Of a stretch of DNA of 64,000 nt, positions 46,704 through 57,006 are shown piece by piece. Below the pieces are notes generated by a model, which did no database searches, was not told the origin of the DNA, and worked only from the letters and a program-made list of their open reading frames with translations. A program made the translations under genes and the position numbers. This DNA comes from an uncultured Mycoplasmatota bacterium. Its GTDB lineage: Bacteria; Bacillota_I; Bacilli_A; RF39; UBA660. The DNA lies in the NCBI GenBank assembly GCA_946413985.1, contig CAMKMS010000001.1:12317-76316 (forward strand). The letters run 5' to 3'. The first letter of the stretch is position 1. Every line of letters begins with the position of its first letter.

Positions 46704-47406
46704 TTTAGTGTATTATAAAAATCTTAAAATAGTACAAAATAAAGACTATTTTAATTTTAGTTTGGATTCTGTTTTATTACCATGTTTTGTAGAACTATTA
46801 CCATCTACTAAAAAAATTTTGGATATGTGTACTGGAAATGCACCAGTACCTTTAATTTTGTCTACAAAAACTAATGCTAAAATATATGGAATAGAATTAC
46901 AAAAAAATATATATGATTTGGCAAAAGAAAGTGTAAAAATTAATAAAATAAATAATATTGAATTGATTAATGATGATGTTAATAATATTTATAATTATTT
47001 TAAAAGTGATACTTTTGATATTATTACATGTAATCCGCCATATTTTAAGTATAAAAATACTAGTATTTTAAACAATAATAATGTAAAATCATTAGCTAGA
47101 CATGAAATTACTGTCAAATTGAGTGATATAATTAAAATATCTAAAAAATTATTAAAGAATAATGGTTCATTATGTATTGTCCATAGAACTGAGAGATTAA
47201 TTGAAATTATAGATGAAATGAGAAATAATAATATAGAACCAAAAAGAATTAGATTTATATATCCTAAAAAGAATAGTGAATCTAATTTAGTACTTGTTGA
47301 TGGTAGAAAAAATGGAAAAGTTGGATTAAAACTATTAAGCCCGTTAATAGTTCATAATGATGATAATAGTTATACTGATGAAATATTAAAAATGTTTGGG
47401 AAGTGA
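46645..47406 (+). CDS. tRNA (adenine37-N6)-methyltransferase, YabB/TrmN6-like
   Basis: Methyltransferase-small domain with DMCTGNA and NPPY (CNPPYF). The start is uncertain among 46645, 46663 and 46678. Confidence 0.75.
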   Translation: MYHLKNMKKIQMKENIEINDLVYYKNLKIVQNKDYFNFSLDSVLLPCFVELLPSTKKILDMCTGNAPVPLILSTKTNAKIYGIELQKNIYDLAKESVKINKINNIELINDDVNNIYNYFKSDTFDIITCNPPYFKYKNTSILNNNNVKSLARHEITVKLSDIIKISKKLLKNNGSLCIVHRTERLIEIIDEMRNNNIEPKRIRFIYPKKNSESNLVLVDGRKNGKVGLKLLSPLIVHNDDNSYTDEILKMFGK

Positions 47407-47410
47407 AAAT

Positions 47411-48250
47411 ATGAATCAAAAAAGTTATGAGGAAAGTAATTTTGGAAAATTATATTTAATTCCAACACCAATTGGTAATTTAAAAGATATATCTTTTAGG
47501 GCAATTGAAACATTTAAAATGGTTGATATTGTTTATGCAGAAGATACAAGAGAAACATTTAATTTATTAAAATATTATAACATTGATAAAAAAATTGAAT
47601 CCTGTCATAAGTATTCAGAAATGAAACACAAAGATAAAATTATTTCTATATTAAAATCAGGTAAAAATATTGGTTATTGTACTGATAGGGGCACACCATT
47701 AATTAGTGATCCTGGAAACATTATAGTGGATGAGGCAATAAAAAATGGAATAAGTGTGATATCATTACCTGGTGCTAATGCATTACTGCCTGCTATTAAT
47801 ATGTCTGGCCTTAGCAATCAAAGATTTTTATTCTATGGTTTTTTAAACAGTAAAAAATCTATTGCAAAAAAAGAATTAGTAGATTTAAAAAATGTTAAAC
47901 AAACTTTGATATTTTATGAATCACCATTTAGAGTTGTTGAAACATTAAAATTAATGAAAGAAATATTAGGAGATAGAAAAGCATCTATTGTTAGAGAAAT
48001 TTCAAAATTGCATGAAGAAGTATTAAGGAATGATTTAAATAATCTAATTGATGAATGTAAAAGTATTAAAGGTGAAATAGTAATTGTTGTTGAAGGAAAT
48101 AATGAAATAGAAGAAGATAATAATAATTATGAAAAAATCCTTAATGAATTAATAAAAAATGGGTTATCAAAAAAAGAAGCAATTAGAGAAGTAGTAAATA
48201 AATATAGAGTTAATAAAAATTATTTATATAATTTAGTAAAGGAGAAATAA
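47411..48250 (+). CDS. rsmI: 16S rRNA (cytidine1402-2'-O)-methyltransferase
   Basis: GKLYLIPTPIGNLKDIS, a tetrapyrrole-methylase fold. The ATG at 47411 is preferred over the TTG at 47396. Confidence 0.9.
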   Translation: MNQKSYEESNFGKLYLIPTPIGNLKDISFRAIETFKMVDIVYAEDTRETFNLLKYYNIDKKIESCHKYSEMKHKDKIISILKSGKNIGYCTDRGTPLISDPGNIIVDEAIKNGISVISLPGANALLPAINMSGLSNQRFLFYGFLNSKKSIAKKELVDLKNVKQTLIFYESPFRVVETLKLMKEILGDRKASIVREISKLHEEVLRNDLNNLIDECKSIKGEIVIVVEGNNEIEEDNNNYEKILNELIKNGLSKKEAIREVVNKYRVNKNYLYNLVKEK

Positions 48251-48251
48251 T

Positions 48252-48815
48252 ATGAAATTAATAGTTGGTTTAGGAAATCCTGATAAGAAATATGAAAAAA
48301 CTAGACATAATACTGGATTTATGGCTATTGATTTTTATGCTGCAAAAAATAATTTAGAATTTAAAAGAAAATTTGATGGTTTATATTCTGAACTAATTAT
48401 TAACAATGAAAAAGTAATATTATTAAAACCACAGACATATATGAATTTATCTGGTAATTGTGTTTCTAAATTTGTTAATTTTTATAATATAGATATATCA
48501 GATATTTTGGTAATATATGATGACTATAATTTTGAAGTAGGTACTTTTAGAATTAGAAGAGATGGTAGTGATGGTGGACATAATGGAATAAAAAATATTA
48601 TAGAGAATTTAAATAGTACTTTTATTAAAAGAGTTAGAATTGGAATATCAAAAAATCCAATTCCTTTGGAAGATTATGTTTTGCAAAAATTTAAAAACGA
48701 TGAATTAAAAAAAATTAATGATTTATTACCAACAATAAGTAATATTATTGATGATTTTTGTTTCTTAAATATTGATGATTTAATGCAAAAATATAATAGG
48801 AATAATCATGAATAA
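48252..48815 (+). CDS. pth: Peptidyl-tRNA hydrolase
   Basis: LIVGLGNPDKKYEKTRHNTGF and DGGHNG motifs. Confidence 0.95.
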   Translation: MKLIVGLGNPDKKYEKTRHNTGFMAIDFYAAKNNLEFKRKFDGLYSELIINNEKVILLKPQTYMNLSGNCVSKFVNFYNIDISDILVIYDDYNFEVGTFRIRRDGSDGGHNGIKNIIENLNSTFIKRVRIGISKNPIPLEDYVLQKFKNDELKKINDLLPTISNIIDDFCFLNIDDLMQKYNRNNHE

Positions 48816-51800
48816 TAATTTATATGAAAAACTATTTGATAAAGATATTTTAAAATGTAAAAGAATATCTATAAGTAAAAATGAAATATATAATCAATTG
48901 TTGTTATATATCTTTTTTATGTTAAAAAAAAGCTTAATACTTGTATATCCTACATTAAATGAAGCAACTGAAGTGTATAATGATCTTAAAAGTTATGTAG
49001 ATAATGTATTTTTATTTCCAGAAGATGATTTAATGACAAAAAAAGCTATAGCAGCATCTCCTGAATTATTATATATGAGAGTAAATCTATTGAATAAATT
49101 TAGTGATAACAATAATAAAATTATAATTATGCATTTAAATAGTTTTATTAAAAAACTTCCAAGTAAAGAAAAATATATTGATAATAAAATTAATTTAAAA
49201 GTAGGAGATATAATAAAAAGAAATGATTTAATTAATAAGTTAAATAAGAATGGATATAAAAGAGAAAGTGTTGTTTATAATATATCAGATTATTCTGTGA
49301 GAGGGTTTGTTGTAGACGTTTATCCTATTAATGAAGAAAATCCAATTAGAATAGAGTTTTTTGATGATGAAATTGAAGCTATTAAATATTTTGATATAGT
49401 TAGTCAAAAATCAATTGATAAAATTAATAATATTTCTATTGGAACAATAAAAGATGATTTTGGTGATAATAATTCTAATATAAAAGAATATGTTCCAAAT
49501 TCAGTAGTTGTTTATACAAATTATAATCAAATAAAAGAGCAAGAAAAAATGATTATTCCTCAAATTAAATATTTAGAAATAGAAAATGATTTATTAAAAT
49601 TAAAAGATTTAGTTTGCCCTGATGATATTTATTTAGAAACAATCAATAATAGAAATTGTGATATTGTTATTGAAGCAAAAAGTATAGAAAAGTATGATAA
49701 TGATAAAGAAAGATTTATAAAAGATATTGTAAATAATAAAGGAATTTTATATACAACTAATGATAAATTAATGAAAGAACTCAAAAAAGTCAATAATAGC
49801 TTAAAAATAGAAAAATACACATTAAATAGTGGATTTATATATAAAAATAATTATTTTTATTCGGAATTTGATCTAATTAATACATACAAATCAAAAGAAT
49901 TAATTAAAGAAAAGTCATATGGAGACAAGATTTTGTCAATTGACGGCATCAATATTGGTGATTATGTTGTACATAGAAAAAGTGGTATTGGTATTTATAA
50001 AGGAATTACTACGATAGAAAAAAATGGAATGAAAAAAGATTATCTTTTAATTGAATATAAAGGTAATGATAAATTGTATATGCCTGTAGAAGATATAACT
50101 AAATTATATAAATATACTTCTAAAGAAGGTGTTAAACCAACTATTAATAGATTAAATAGTATTGAATGGACAAAAACAAAATTAAAAATTAAAGAAAGAA
50201 TAAAAAATATAACAAGTGAGTTATTAAAAATATATAAAGAAAGAAATAAAGCAACTATAACTCCATTTAAGAAAGATGATGAAGAACAATTATTGTTTGA
50301 ACAAGAATTTGAATATAAAGAAACAACAGATCAATTAAAAGTAATTGAAGAAATAAAACATGATTTAGAAAGTCCAAGACCAATGGAAAGATTATTATGT
50401 GGAGATGTTGGTTATGGAAAAACAGAAGTAATATTTAGAGCAATGTTTAAAACTGTAATGAATAATAAACAAGTTGCTTATCTATGCCCGACTACCGTTT
50501 TATCACATCAACAATATGATTCAGCTGTTCAAAGATTTAAAAATTATGGTGTAAATATAGATTTAATAAATAGACATTTTGCTAACAAACAAGTTCAAGA
50601 AAAATTAAAAAAACTAAAAGAGGGAAAAACTGATATAATAATTGGAACTCATAGACTTTTAAGTAAAGATGTAGAATATAAAGACTTAGGTCTTCTTGTT
50701 ATTGATGAAGAACATCGTTTTGGGGTGGAACAAAAAGAAAAAATAAAAGGGTTAAAATCAAATGTACATGTTCTTTCTGTTTCTGCTACTCCAATTCCAA
50801 GAAGTCTTCAAATGTCTTTAGTTGGAATTCGTGATTTATCTTTAATTGAAAGTGCTCCAGAGAATAGATATCCAGTTCAAACATATGTAATTGAATATAA
50901 TGAGATGTTAATTAGAGAAGCCATATTAAAAGAGGTTTCAAGACATGGGCAGGCATTTATTCTTTATAATAATATTAATGATATGGAAAGCATTGTTAAT
51001 AAATATAAAAAATTAATTCCAGAAATTAGAATATGTTATGCTCATGGAAAAATGCTAAAAGACGAGATGCAAGATGTAATTTACGATTTTACAAATAAGA
51101 AATATGATGTATTAGTAAGTACAACAATAATAGAAAATGGTATAGATATTCCTAATGCTAATACAATTATTGTAATAGATGCTGATAGATTTGGTTTATC
51201 TCAATTATATCAAATAAGAGGAAGAGTTGGACGTAGTGATAAAATTGCTTTTGCATATTTAATGTATAAAAAAGAAAAAGTATTAAATAGTATAGCAGTA
51301 AAAAGACTTGAAGCTATAAAAGAATTTACTGAACTGGGTAGCGGATATAAAATATCTATGAGAGATTTAGCTATTCGAGGATCAGGAGATATTCTTGGTA
51401 AAGAACAAGCAGGTTTTATAGATTCTGTTGGTGTAAATATGTATTTAGATTTAATAAATGAAGAAGTAAATGGAATCGATAATGATATAGAAGAAAAAGA
51501 AGAAATAATACCAATTGATGTTGAAACACATATTGGAAATGAATATACTGATGAAAATAGTATATTAATAGAACTTCATAAAAAGATTAATGGTATTACT
51601 AATAAAAAAGAATTAAATGAAGTGTTAAGTGAGATTAGAGACAGATTTGGTTATACAAATGCATCTTTAGAATTATATGCTCATGAAAAATATTTAGAAA
51701 AATTATTATTGATTACAAATGTCAAATTAGCTGAAAATGATAATTTAAAATCTGTTTTAAAACTTAAAAAAGAAGCATTTAATAATATCAATATTGAAAA

Positions 51801-51960
51801 ACTATTTGTTGAGGCAACTAAAATATCAACTAAATTTAACTTTTCATACAAAAATGAAACAATTATAATTACTTTATTAAAAGCAACATTAGAAAAGAAT
51901 TATATTTATTATTTAGAAAGTCTATTAGAAATAATATATTCTATGAAATTTGGTGTATAA
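48808..51960 (+). CDS. mfd: Transcription-repair coupling factor
   Basis: CarD/RID domain (DYVVHRKSGIG), helicase motifs GDVGYGKTE and DEEHRFGV, and a TRG region. The N-terminal UvrB-homology region is short and diverged. Confidence 0.93.
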   Translation: MNNNLYEKLFDKDILKCKRISISKNEIYNQLLLYIFFMLKKSLILVYPTLNEATEVYNDLKSYVDNVFLFPEDDLMTKKAIAASPELLYMRVNLLNKFSDNNNKIIIMHLNSFIKKLPSKEKYIDNKINLKVGDIIKRNDLINKLNKNGYKRESVVYNISDYSVRGFVVDVYPINEENPIRIEFFDDEIEAIKYFDIVSQKSIDKINNISIGTIKDDFGDNNSNIKEYVPNSVVVYTNYNQIKEQEKMIIPQIKYLEIENDLLKLKDLVCPDDIYLETINNRNCDIVIEAKSIEKYDNDKERFIKDIVNNKGILYTTNDKLMKELKKVNNSLKIEKYTLNSGFIYKNNYFYSEFDLINTYKSKELIKEKSYGDKILSIDGINIGDYVVHRKSGIGIYKGITTIEKNGMKKDYLLIEYKGNDKLYMPVEDITKLYKYTSKEGVKPTINRLNSIEWTKTKLKIKERIKNITSELLKIYKERNKATITPFKKDDEEQLLFEQEFEYKETTDQLKVIEEIKHDLESPRPMERLLCGDVGYGKTEVIFRAMFKTVMNNKQVAYLCPTTVLSHQQYDSAVQRFKNYGVNIDLINRHFANKQVQEKLKKLKEGKTDIIIGTHRLLSKDVEYKDLGLLVIDEEHRFGVEQKEKIKGLKSNVHVLSVSATPIPRSLQMSLVGIRDLSLIESAPENRYPVQTYVIEYNEMLIREAILKEVSRHGQAFILYNNINDMESIVNKYKKLIPEIRICYAHGKMLKDEMQDVIYDFTNKKYDVLVSTTIIENGIDIPNANTIIVIDADRFGLSQLYQIRGRVGRSDKIAFAYLMYKKEKVLNSIAVKRLEAIKEFTELGSGYKISMRDLAIRGSGDILGKEQAGFIDSVGVNMYLDLINEEVNGIDNDIEEKEEIIPIDVETHIGNEYTDENSILIELHKKINGITNKKELNEVLSEIRDRFGYTNASLELYAHEKYLEKLLLITNVKLAENDNLKSVLKLKKEAFNNINIEKLFVEATKISTKFNFSYKNETIIITLLKATLEKNYIYYLESLLEIIYSMKFGV

Positions 51961-51999
51961 AAAATAATACCTGTATCAAAATATTATTAGGTGATTTGT

Positions 52000-52503
52000 T
52001 TGAAAAATACAGGAATTATTAGAAAGATAGATGATTTAGGAAGAATTGTTCTTCCAAAAGAGCTTAGAAATTCTCTTAATATTAATTCAGGAGATGATTT
52101 TGAAATAACAATTGATAATAAAAAAATTATATTGGAAAAATTTTCTAAATTAGATTCTTTTGAAGATATAATAAAAAAATATATCAATTGTTTTTATGTA
52201 TCTGAAAATTCAAAATTATTTATTACCATTAATGATAGAATAATAAACTATAATGATGAAAAAGTAACAAATATTATTTCAAAATTAATAAAATTAAGAA
52301 AAATATATATGAATAATAAAACAGATAAAATAATAATTAGTGATAATTTAAATTTAAATGGAAAAGTAATAATATATCCTATTGTAATAAATAGTGATTT
52401 ACTTGGATCTATTATTTATATTTTTAATGAAGATATTAATAATGCAATGGATAAATGCAAAATATTTTATAATATATTTAAAAACATTATAGTTAATAAA
52501 TAG
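52000..52503 (+). CDS. spoVT: Stage V sporulation protein T (AbrB-type N-domain + GAF-like C-domain)
   Basis: TGIIRKIDDLGRIVLPKELRNSLNI..GD is a SpoVT-AbrB swapped-hairpin motif. It lies directly after mfd, as in Bacillus. The likely start is the TTG at 52000, after an AGGTGA RBS. Confidence 0.82.
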   Translation: MKNTGIIRKIDDLGRIVLPKELRNSLNINSGDDFEITIDNKKIILEKFSKLDSFEDIIKKYINCFYVSENSKLFITINDRIINYNDEKVTNIISKLIKLRKIYMNNKTDKIIISDNLNLNGKVIIYPIVINSDLLGSIIYIFNEDINNAMDKCKIFYNIFKNIIVNK

Positions 52504-52536
52504 ATTTTATATTATAATACTTTTAAGAGGTGTATT

Positions 52537-53280
52537 ATGATAGATACTCATGCACATATTTTAAATGAATATTATGATGATATTGATTCATTAGTTAAAA
52601 TGTTAAAAGAAAATAAAGTTTTGTATGTTTTAAATGCTGCATCTAATTATAATGAATCTCTTGAAGTATTAGATTTATCAAAAACATATAATAATTTTTT
52701 ATTACCGGTAATAGGTATTCATCCAGAAAGTATTAATGATAAAGATAATTTAAATAAAATTGAAGATTTAATAAAAAATAATAAAATATATGCTGTGGGT
52801 GAAATTGGTCTTGATTATTATTGGGTGAAAGATAATAAAGAAGAACAAAAAGAATTATTTATTAATCAAATAAAACTTGCACAAAAATATAATTTACCAG
52901 TTGTTGTTCATTCAAGAGATGCTATTCAAGATACTTTTGATATTTTAAAAGAACATAGAGTTAAAGGAGTAATTCATTCTTATTCTGGAAGTGTTGAGAT
53001 GGCTCGCGAATTTATTAAACTTGGTTATAAATTAGGTATTGGTGGAGTATTAACATTTAAAAATTCAAAATTATATGAAGTGATAGAAAAAATAGATATA
53101 GAAAATATTGTTTTAGAAACAGATAGCCCATATTTAACACCTGAGCCATATAGAGGTAGAGAAAATAATCCATCTAATATATATTATGTTGCAAAAAGAA
53201 TATCTGAAATAAAAGGAATAGATATTAATAAAGTCCTTGAAATTACTACAAAAACAGCTATTCAACTTTTTGACATTTAG
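52537..53280 (+). CDS. tatD: TatD-family metal-dependent DNase/hydrolase
   Basis: MIDTHAHI, GEIGLDY, HSRDA and ETDSPYL motifs. Confidence 0.9.
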   Translation: MIDTHAHILNEYYDDIDSLVKMLKENKVLYVLNAASNYNESLEVLDLSKTYNNFLLPVIGIHPESINDKDNLNKIEDLIKNNKIYAVGEIGLDYYWVKDNKEEQKELFINQIKLAQKYNLPVVVHSRDAIQDTFDILKEHRVKGVIHSYSGSVEMAREFIKLGYKLGIGGVLTFKNSKLYEVIEKIDIENIVLETDSPYLTPEPYRGRENNPSNIYYVAKRISEIKGIDINKVLEITTKTAIQLFDI

Positions 53281-53315
53281 TACTACTTATTATATAATTT
53301 TTATAGGAGAAGTAT

Positions 53316-53873
53316 ATGAAGCAGTATGTAATAAGTAGAATAACAATGGCTATTGAATTAATAATAGTATTTGTTTTAATTATTTTTGGAACTGGTAAAG
53401 AAACATTTAGTGTTTCTAGTCTTTCTGTTGCTAATAATATGGATTATGAAAAAAACTTATCTGCTTCAATTATAAAAAGTAATCAAAATGAATTATATAT
53501 TAAAGGATTATATAGTCCATTATATACATTTACTGGTGATTTAACTGGATATGCAGGTGATTGTGCTCTTTGTACTGGATACCTTGCGTGTCCTCCAAGA
53601 ACTAATGTTTTAAAAGAAGGTATTTATTATAATGATAAAACATATGGAACAGTTAGAATAGTTGCTAGTAGTAGAAATTATCCATGTGGAACAATAATAA
53701 GATTTAAAGTTAGTAAATTATCTAAAGATCCAATTTATGCAATAATACTTGATAGAGGCGTGGGTGGAAATGATATTGATTTATTAACTGAAAATGAAGA
53801 TTATGCAAGAAAAAGTGTTGGTAGAGTTAGAGATTTAGAATTTGAAGTTATTAGAGAAGGATGGAAAAAATGA
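53316..53873 (+). CDS. Membrane-anchored 3D (DPBB, MltA/RlpA-like) domain protein, short YabE-like
   Basis: N-terminal TM segment. The C-terminus ..GTVRIVASS.NYPCGTIIRF......ILDRGVGGNDIDLL.. is typical of 3D domains. It sits at the position of yabE. Confidence 0.65.
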   Translation: MKQYVISRITMAIELIIVFVLIIFGTGKETFSVSSLSVANNMDYEKNLSASIIKSNQNELYIKGLYSPLYTFTGDLTGYAGDCALCTGYLACPPRTNVLKEGIYYNDKTYGTVRIVASSRNYPCGTIIRFKVSKLSKDPIYAIILDRGVGGNDIDLLTENEDYARKSVGRVRDLEFEVIREGWKK

Positions 53874-54640
53874 AATTTGATTATAATAAATCTTTAGGTC
53901 AAAACTTTTTAAAAGATAATAATATTATAAATAAAATTTCTGATAGTATTAATCCAAAAACGGATGATTTAATAATAGAAATAGGACCCGGATCTGGTGC
54001 TTTAACTAAACATCTTATTAATAAATCTGCTGATGTAATATGTTTTGAAATTGATAAGAGACTTGAGAGTATCTTAAGTGAAATAAAAGCAGATAATTTA
54101 AAAATTGTTTTTGATGACTTTTTAAAAATAAATTTAAAAGATTATATTAATTCAAAATATAATAGATTGTTTTTTGTAGGGAACTTACCATACTATATTA
54201 CTACTGCAATAATAAATAAGATTATTAATGAATCCAATCCTTATGAAATTACTATAATGATTCAAAAAGAAGTGGCTCTTAGGTTTATGGCATCCCCTCA
54301 TACTAGAGAATACTCTTCGATATCAGTTTTTTTGCAATATAATTTTGATATTGAAAAAATATGTAATGTAAGTAAAAATTGTTTTGAACCAATTCCTAAA
54401 GTAGATAGTATGGTAATTAAATTAAAAAGAAATAAAAAAATAAAATCTAAGAATGAAGAATTATTATATAAGTTAATTAAGGCTTCATTTAAACAAAAAA
54501 GAAAGAATTTAAAAAATAATTTAAATAATTATGATTTGTTAAAAATTGAATCATTATTAAATAATAGAAATAAAACAACAAAATGTAGAGCAGAAGAATT
54601 AAGTGTAGATGATTTTGTTTATTTAGCTGATAATTTATAA
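53870..54640 (+). CDS. rsmA: 16S rRNA (adenine1518/1519-N6)-dimethyltransferase
   Basis: SLGQNFL and EIGPGSGALT motifs. The start was set to MKFDYNK at 53870. Confidence 0.93.
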   Translation: MKFDYNKSLGQNFLKDNNIINKISDSINPKTDDLIIEIGPGSGALTKHLINKSADVICFEIDKRLESILSEIKADNLKIVFDDFLKINLKDYINSKYNRLFFVGNLPYYITTAIINKIINESNPYEITIMIQKEVALRFMASPHTREYSSISVFLQYNFDIEKICNVSKNCFEPIPKVDSMVIKLKRNKKIKSKNEELLYKLIKASFKQKRKNLKNNLNNYDLLKIESLLNNRNKTTKCRAEELSVDDFVYLADNL

Positions 54641-54699
54641 AAATATATCAAATTAGATATATTTTTTTTATTTTGAAATAATATTTAAAAGGGGATTAT

Positions 54700-55446
54700 A
54701 TGTATAAAGTTGGTTCTTATGTTACAAGAAATAAATATAATAATGATATTCTTTTTAAAATAGTTGAAATTAAAAATAATAAAGCAATATTAAGAGGAGT
54801 AGATTTAAGATTATATGCTGATGCAGATATTAAAGATTTAAAATTATCTACAATAAATAAAGATATAGAAGAAATTGATTTAAGGAATAATTTAGATATA
54901 AGAGAATATTTTTATATTCCTGGTACTATTTTACATATTGATAGTGATGAGGATTATTTAAATAGATGTTTAAATTTTTATAAAAAAGAAGGAATTAAAT
55001 GTTATGGATATAAGTATAGCGAAAAAGAATATCCAAATATAATTAATGATTTAATAAAAAAACATAATCCAAATATAGTTGTAATAACTGGACATGATGC
55101 TTTTTATAAAAATAAAAATATTTATAAAAATAGTAATTACTTCATTGAAAGTGTTCTTAATATAAAAAAGATAAATAATAATATAATTATTGTTTCAGGA
55201 GCATGTCAAAGTAACTTTGAAGGATTAATGAAAGCGGGTTCATCTTTTGCATCAAGTCCATCTAGAGTAAATATACATGCATTAGATCCGGCAATAATAG
55301 CAGTTTCAATTGCAAAAAATGAATGTGATAAATTGATAGATTTAAAAGAAACAATATCGAAAACAAAATTTGGACTAGATGGTTTTGGGGGAATAGAAGT
55401 ATTTGGAATTATGCACAAAGGGCTTCCTAGAAAGGATAAAAATTGA
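54700..55446 (+). CDS. yabG: Sporulation-specific protease YabG (peptidase U57)
   Basis: GxILHIDSDEDYL, ITGHDA and ACQSNFE signatures, with the conserved ksgA-yabG-veg order. Confidence 0.8.
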   Translation: MYKVGSYVTRNKYNNDILFKIVEIKNNKAILRGVDLRLYADADIKDLKLSTINKDIEEIDLRNNLDIREYFYIPGTILHIDSDEDYLNRCLNFYKKEGIKCYGYKYSEKEYPNIINDLIKKHNPNIVVITGHDAFYKNKNIYKNSNYFIESVLNIKKINNNIIIVSGACQSNFEGLMKAGSSFASSPSRVNIHALDPAIIAVSIAKNECDKLIDLKETISKTKFGLDGFGGIEVFGIMHKGLPRKDKN

Positions 55447-55655
55447 ATATTAATAGTATAAAAAATAAAATATTTGAATTAAAAAATATAAGATTAAAAA
55501 TAAAGATTAATTTAGGTAGAAATAAATATGAACATTTAGAAGGCTATATAGAAAAAATACATCCAAATATATTTACAATAAAAACGAATAAAGGAATAAA
55601 ATCATTTAGTTATTCAGACGTTGCTACAAAGGTAGTTATAATAAGCAAATTTTAA
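55443..55655 (+). CDS. veg: Veg protein
   Basis: 70 aa with ..GRNKYEHLEGYIEKIHPNIFTIK......SFSYSDV... typical of Veg. TTG start overlapping the yabG stop. Confidence 0.8.
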   Translation: MNINSIKNKIFELKNIRLKIKINLGRNKYEHLEGYIEKIHPNIFTIKTNKGIKSFSYSDVATKVVIISKF

Positions 55656-55664
55656 AGATTATTA

Positions 55665-55693
55665 TTGCACTTATTAACAATTTGTATTATAAT
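55665..55693 (+). promoter_or_regulatory. spoVG promoter (TTGCAC-17-TATAAT)
   Basis: TTGCAC (55665-55670), a 17-nt spacer, then TATAAT (55688-55693). Confidence 0.55.
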
Positions 55694-55723
55694 TAATTTA
55701 GCTAATGGTTAAGGAGGTACTAA

Positions 55724-56008
55724 ATGGAAATTACATCAGTAAAGATTCGTAAGGTTGAAAGAGAAGGATCTCGTATGAAGGGAATTGCTTCTGTAGTTGT
55801 AGATAATGCTATTGCTATTCACGACATTAGAATTATTGAAGGTGACAATGGACTATTCATTGCTATGCCAAGTCGTAAGACTCCAGTAGGTGAATATAGA
55901 GATATTGCACATCCAATCAACCAAGAAGTAAGAACTATGTTTGAAAAAGAAATTCTTGATGCTTATGATAAAGCAGAAGATGTTCAAACAACTGAAGACG
56001 AAGAATAA
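55724..56008 (+). CDS. spoVG: Septation/RNA-binding protein SpoVG
   Basis: [56 protein letters not shown]. Confidence 0.95.
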   Translation: MEITSVKIRKVEREGSRMKGIASVVVDNAIAIHDIRIIEGDNGLFIAMPSRKTPVGEYRDIAHPINQEVRTMFEKEILDAYDKAEDVQTTEDEE

Positions 56009-56017
56009 AAAATAAAT

Positions 56018-56041
56018 GACTACTTTGAGTAGTCTTTTTTA
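56018..56041 (+). terminator. Rho-independent terminator after spoVG
   Basis: GACTACT-TTG-AGTAGTC followed by a T-run. Confidence 0.75.
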
Positions 56042-56075
56042 TTTATAAAATTCATATTATTAATTGGAGGATAAT

Positions 56076-56369
56076 ATGGATAAAACAAGAGAATCAATAT
56101 TAGAAAATTTAAACCATAAAATTGATATTACTGAAAGAAAAAATATTTATTTAACTGGAGTAAAAAAACTAAATAGTTTTGATGAAAAAGAATTTTTTGT
56201 AGATAGTATAATGGGTCCAATATTAATAAAAGGAAATAATTTAGAATTAATTAAATTAGATACATTTCAAGGATCATTATCTATAAAAGGAAAAATAGAT
56301 TCAATTAATTATTTAGAAGAATCGAAAAAGATTGATAGTGAATCTATTATAAAAAGATTGTTTAAATGA
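56076..56369 (+). CDS. yabP: Sporulation protein YabP
   Basis: ..H.I.I..R....LTGV..L.SFDE.EF......G.L.IKG..L....L.. is the YabP pattern. The start was set to the ATG at 56076, after a GGAGGA RBS. Confidence 0.8.
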   Translation: MDKTRESILENLNHKIDITERKNIYLTGVKKLNSFDEKEFFVDSIMGPILIKGNNLELIKLDTFQGSLSIKGKIDSINYLEESKKIDSESIIKRLFK

Positions 56370-56644
56370 TAGACATAAAAGAACAATTATTATCTTTTAT
56401 ATTTTCATTTATATATGGAATAATAATTTCATATATTTATGTTCGATTTTATAAATATTTTTATTATGGAAAAAAGATTATTTGTTTTTTTAATTCTTAT
56501 ATTTTTTGTCTAATTGTAATTATATTATTTTTTAAAATGCTGTATATAATAAATGGTGGAGTAATAAATATTTATTTTTTGTTAATTACTATTCTTTCTT
56601 TCTTCTTATTCTATAAAAAATTTACAAATATTATGTCAAAATAA
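56366..56644 (+). CDS. yabQ: Spore cortex biosynthesis membrane protein YabQ
   Basis: A 92-aa protein with 3 TM segments, translationally coupled to yabP. Confidence 0.7.
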   Translation: MIDIKEQLLSFIFSFIYGIIISYIYVRFYKYFYYGKKIICFFNSYIFCLIVIILFFKMLYIINGGVINIYFLLITILSFFLFYKKFTNIMSK

Positions 56645-56705
56645 ATCGATGTCATTGTATTTAATTTAGCCTATTATTATAATTGTAATAAGAATGGAGT
56701 CGAAT

Positions 56706-56996
56706 ATGAAAAAAATGAGTACAAAGACAAAATTTAGAGTGACTTTTTTAGGTATTAGTCTTATAATAGCTAGTATAGTTTTTGTGACTTCAAGTTTTTC
56801 ATATACGTCTCAAATCATAAAAACCAAAAAAGAAATAGAAAAATTAAATATAACATATAATGAAAAACTTGAAAAAGAAGAAGAATTACAAGACGAAATT
56901 AATAAATTAAAAGATCCAGAGTATATGGCAAAATATGCTAGAGAAAAATTCTTATATTCAAAGGATGATGAAATAATTATTAAAATCGTTGACTAG
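56706..56996 (+). CDS. divIC: Septum formation initiator DivIC/FtsB family
   Basis: A single TM segment followed by a coiled coil, with ...DPEYMAKYAREKF.Y.K.DE typical of the family. It lies after yabQ. Confidence 0.8.
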   Translation: MKKMSTKTKFRVTFLGISLIIASIVFVTSSFSYTSQIIKTKKEIEKLNITYNEKLEKEEELQDEINKLKDPEYMAKYAREKFLYSKDDEIIIKIVD

Positions 56997-57006
56997 AAAG
57001 GTTAAC

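Noticed and set aside
51955-51983. Sigma-G/F-like promoter (GTATA-17-CAAAATA) upstream of spoVT
   Set aside because: The match is plausible, but the predicted start would fall on the RBS itself. The consensus is loose in AT-rich DNA, so this is too weak to report as a feature.
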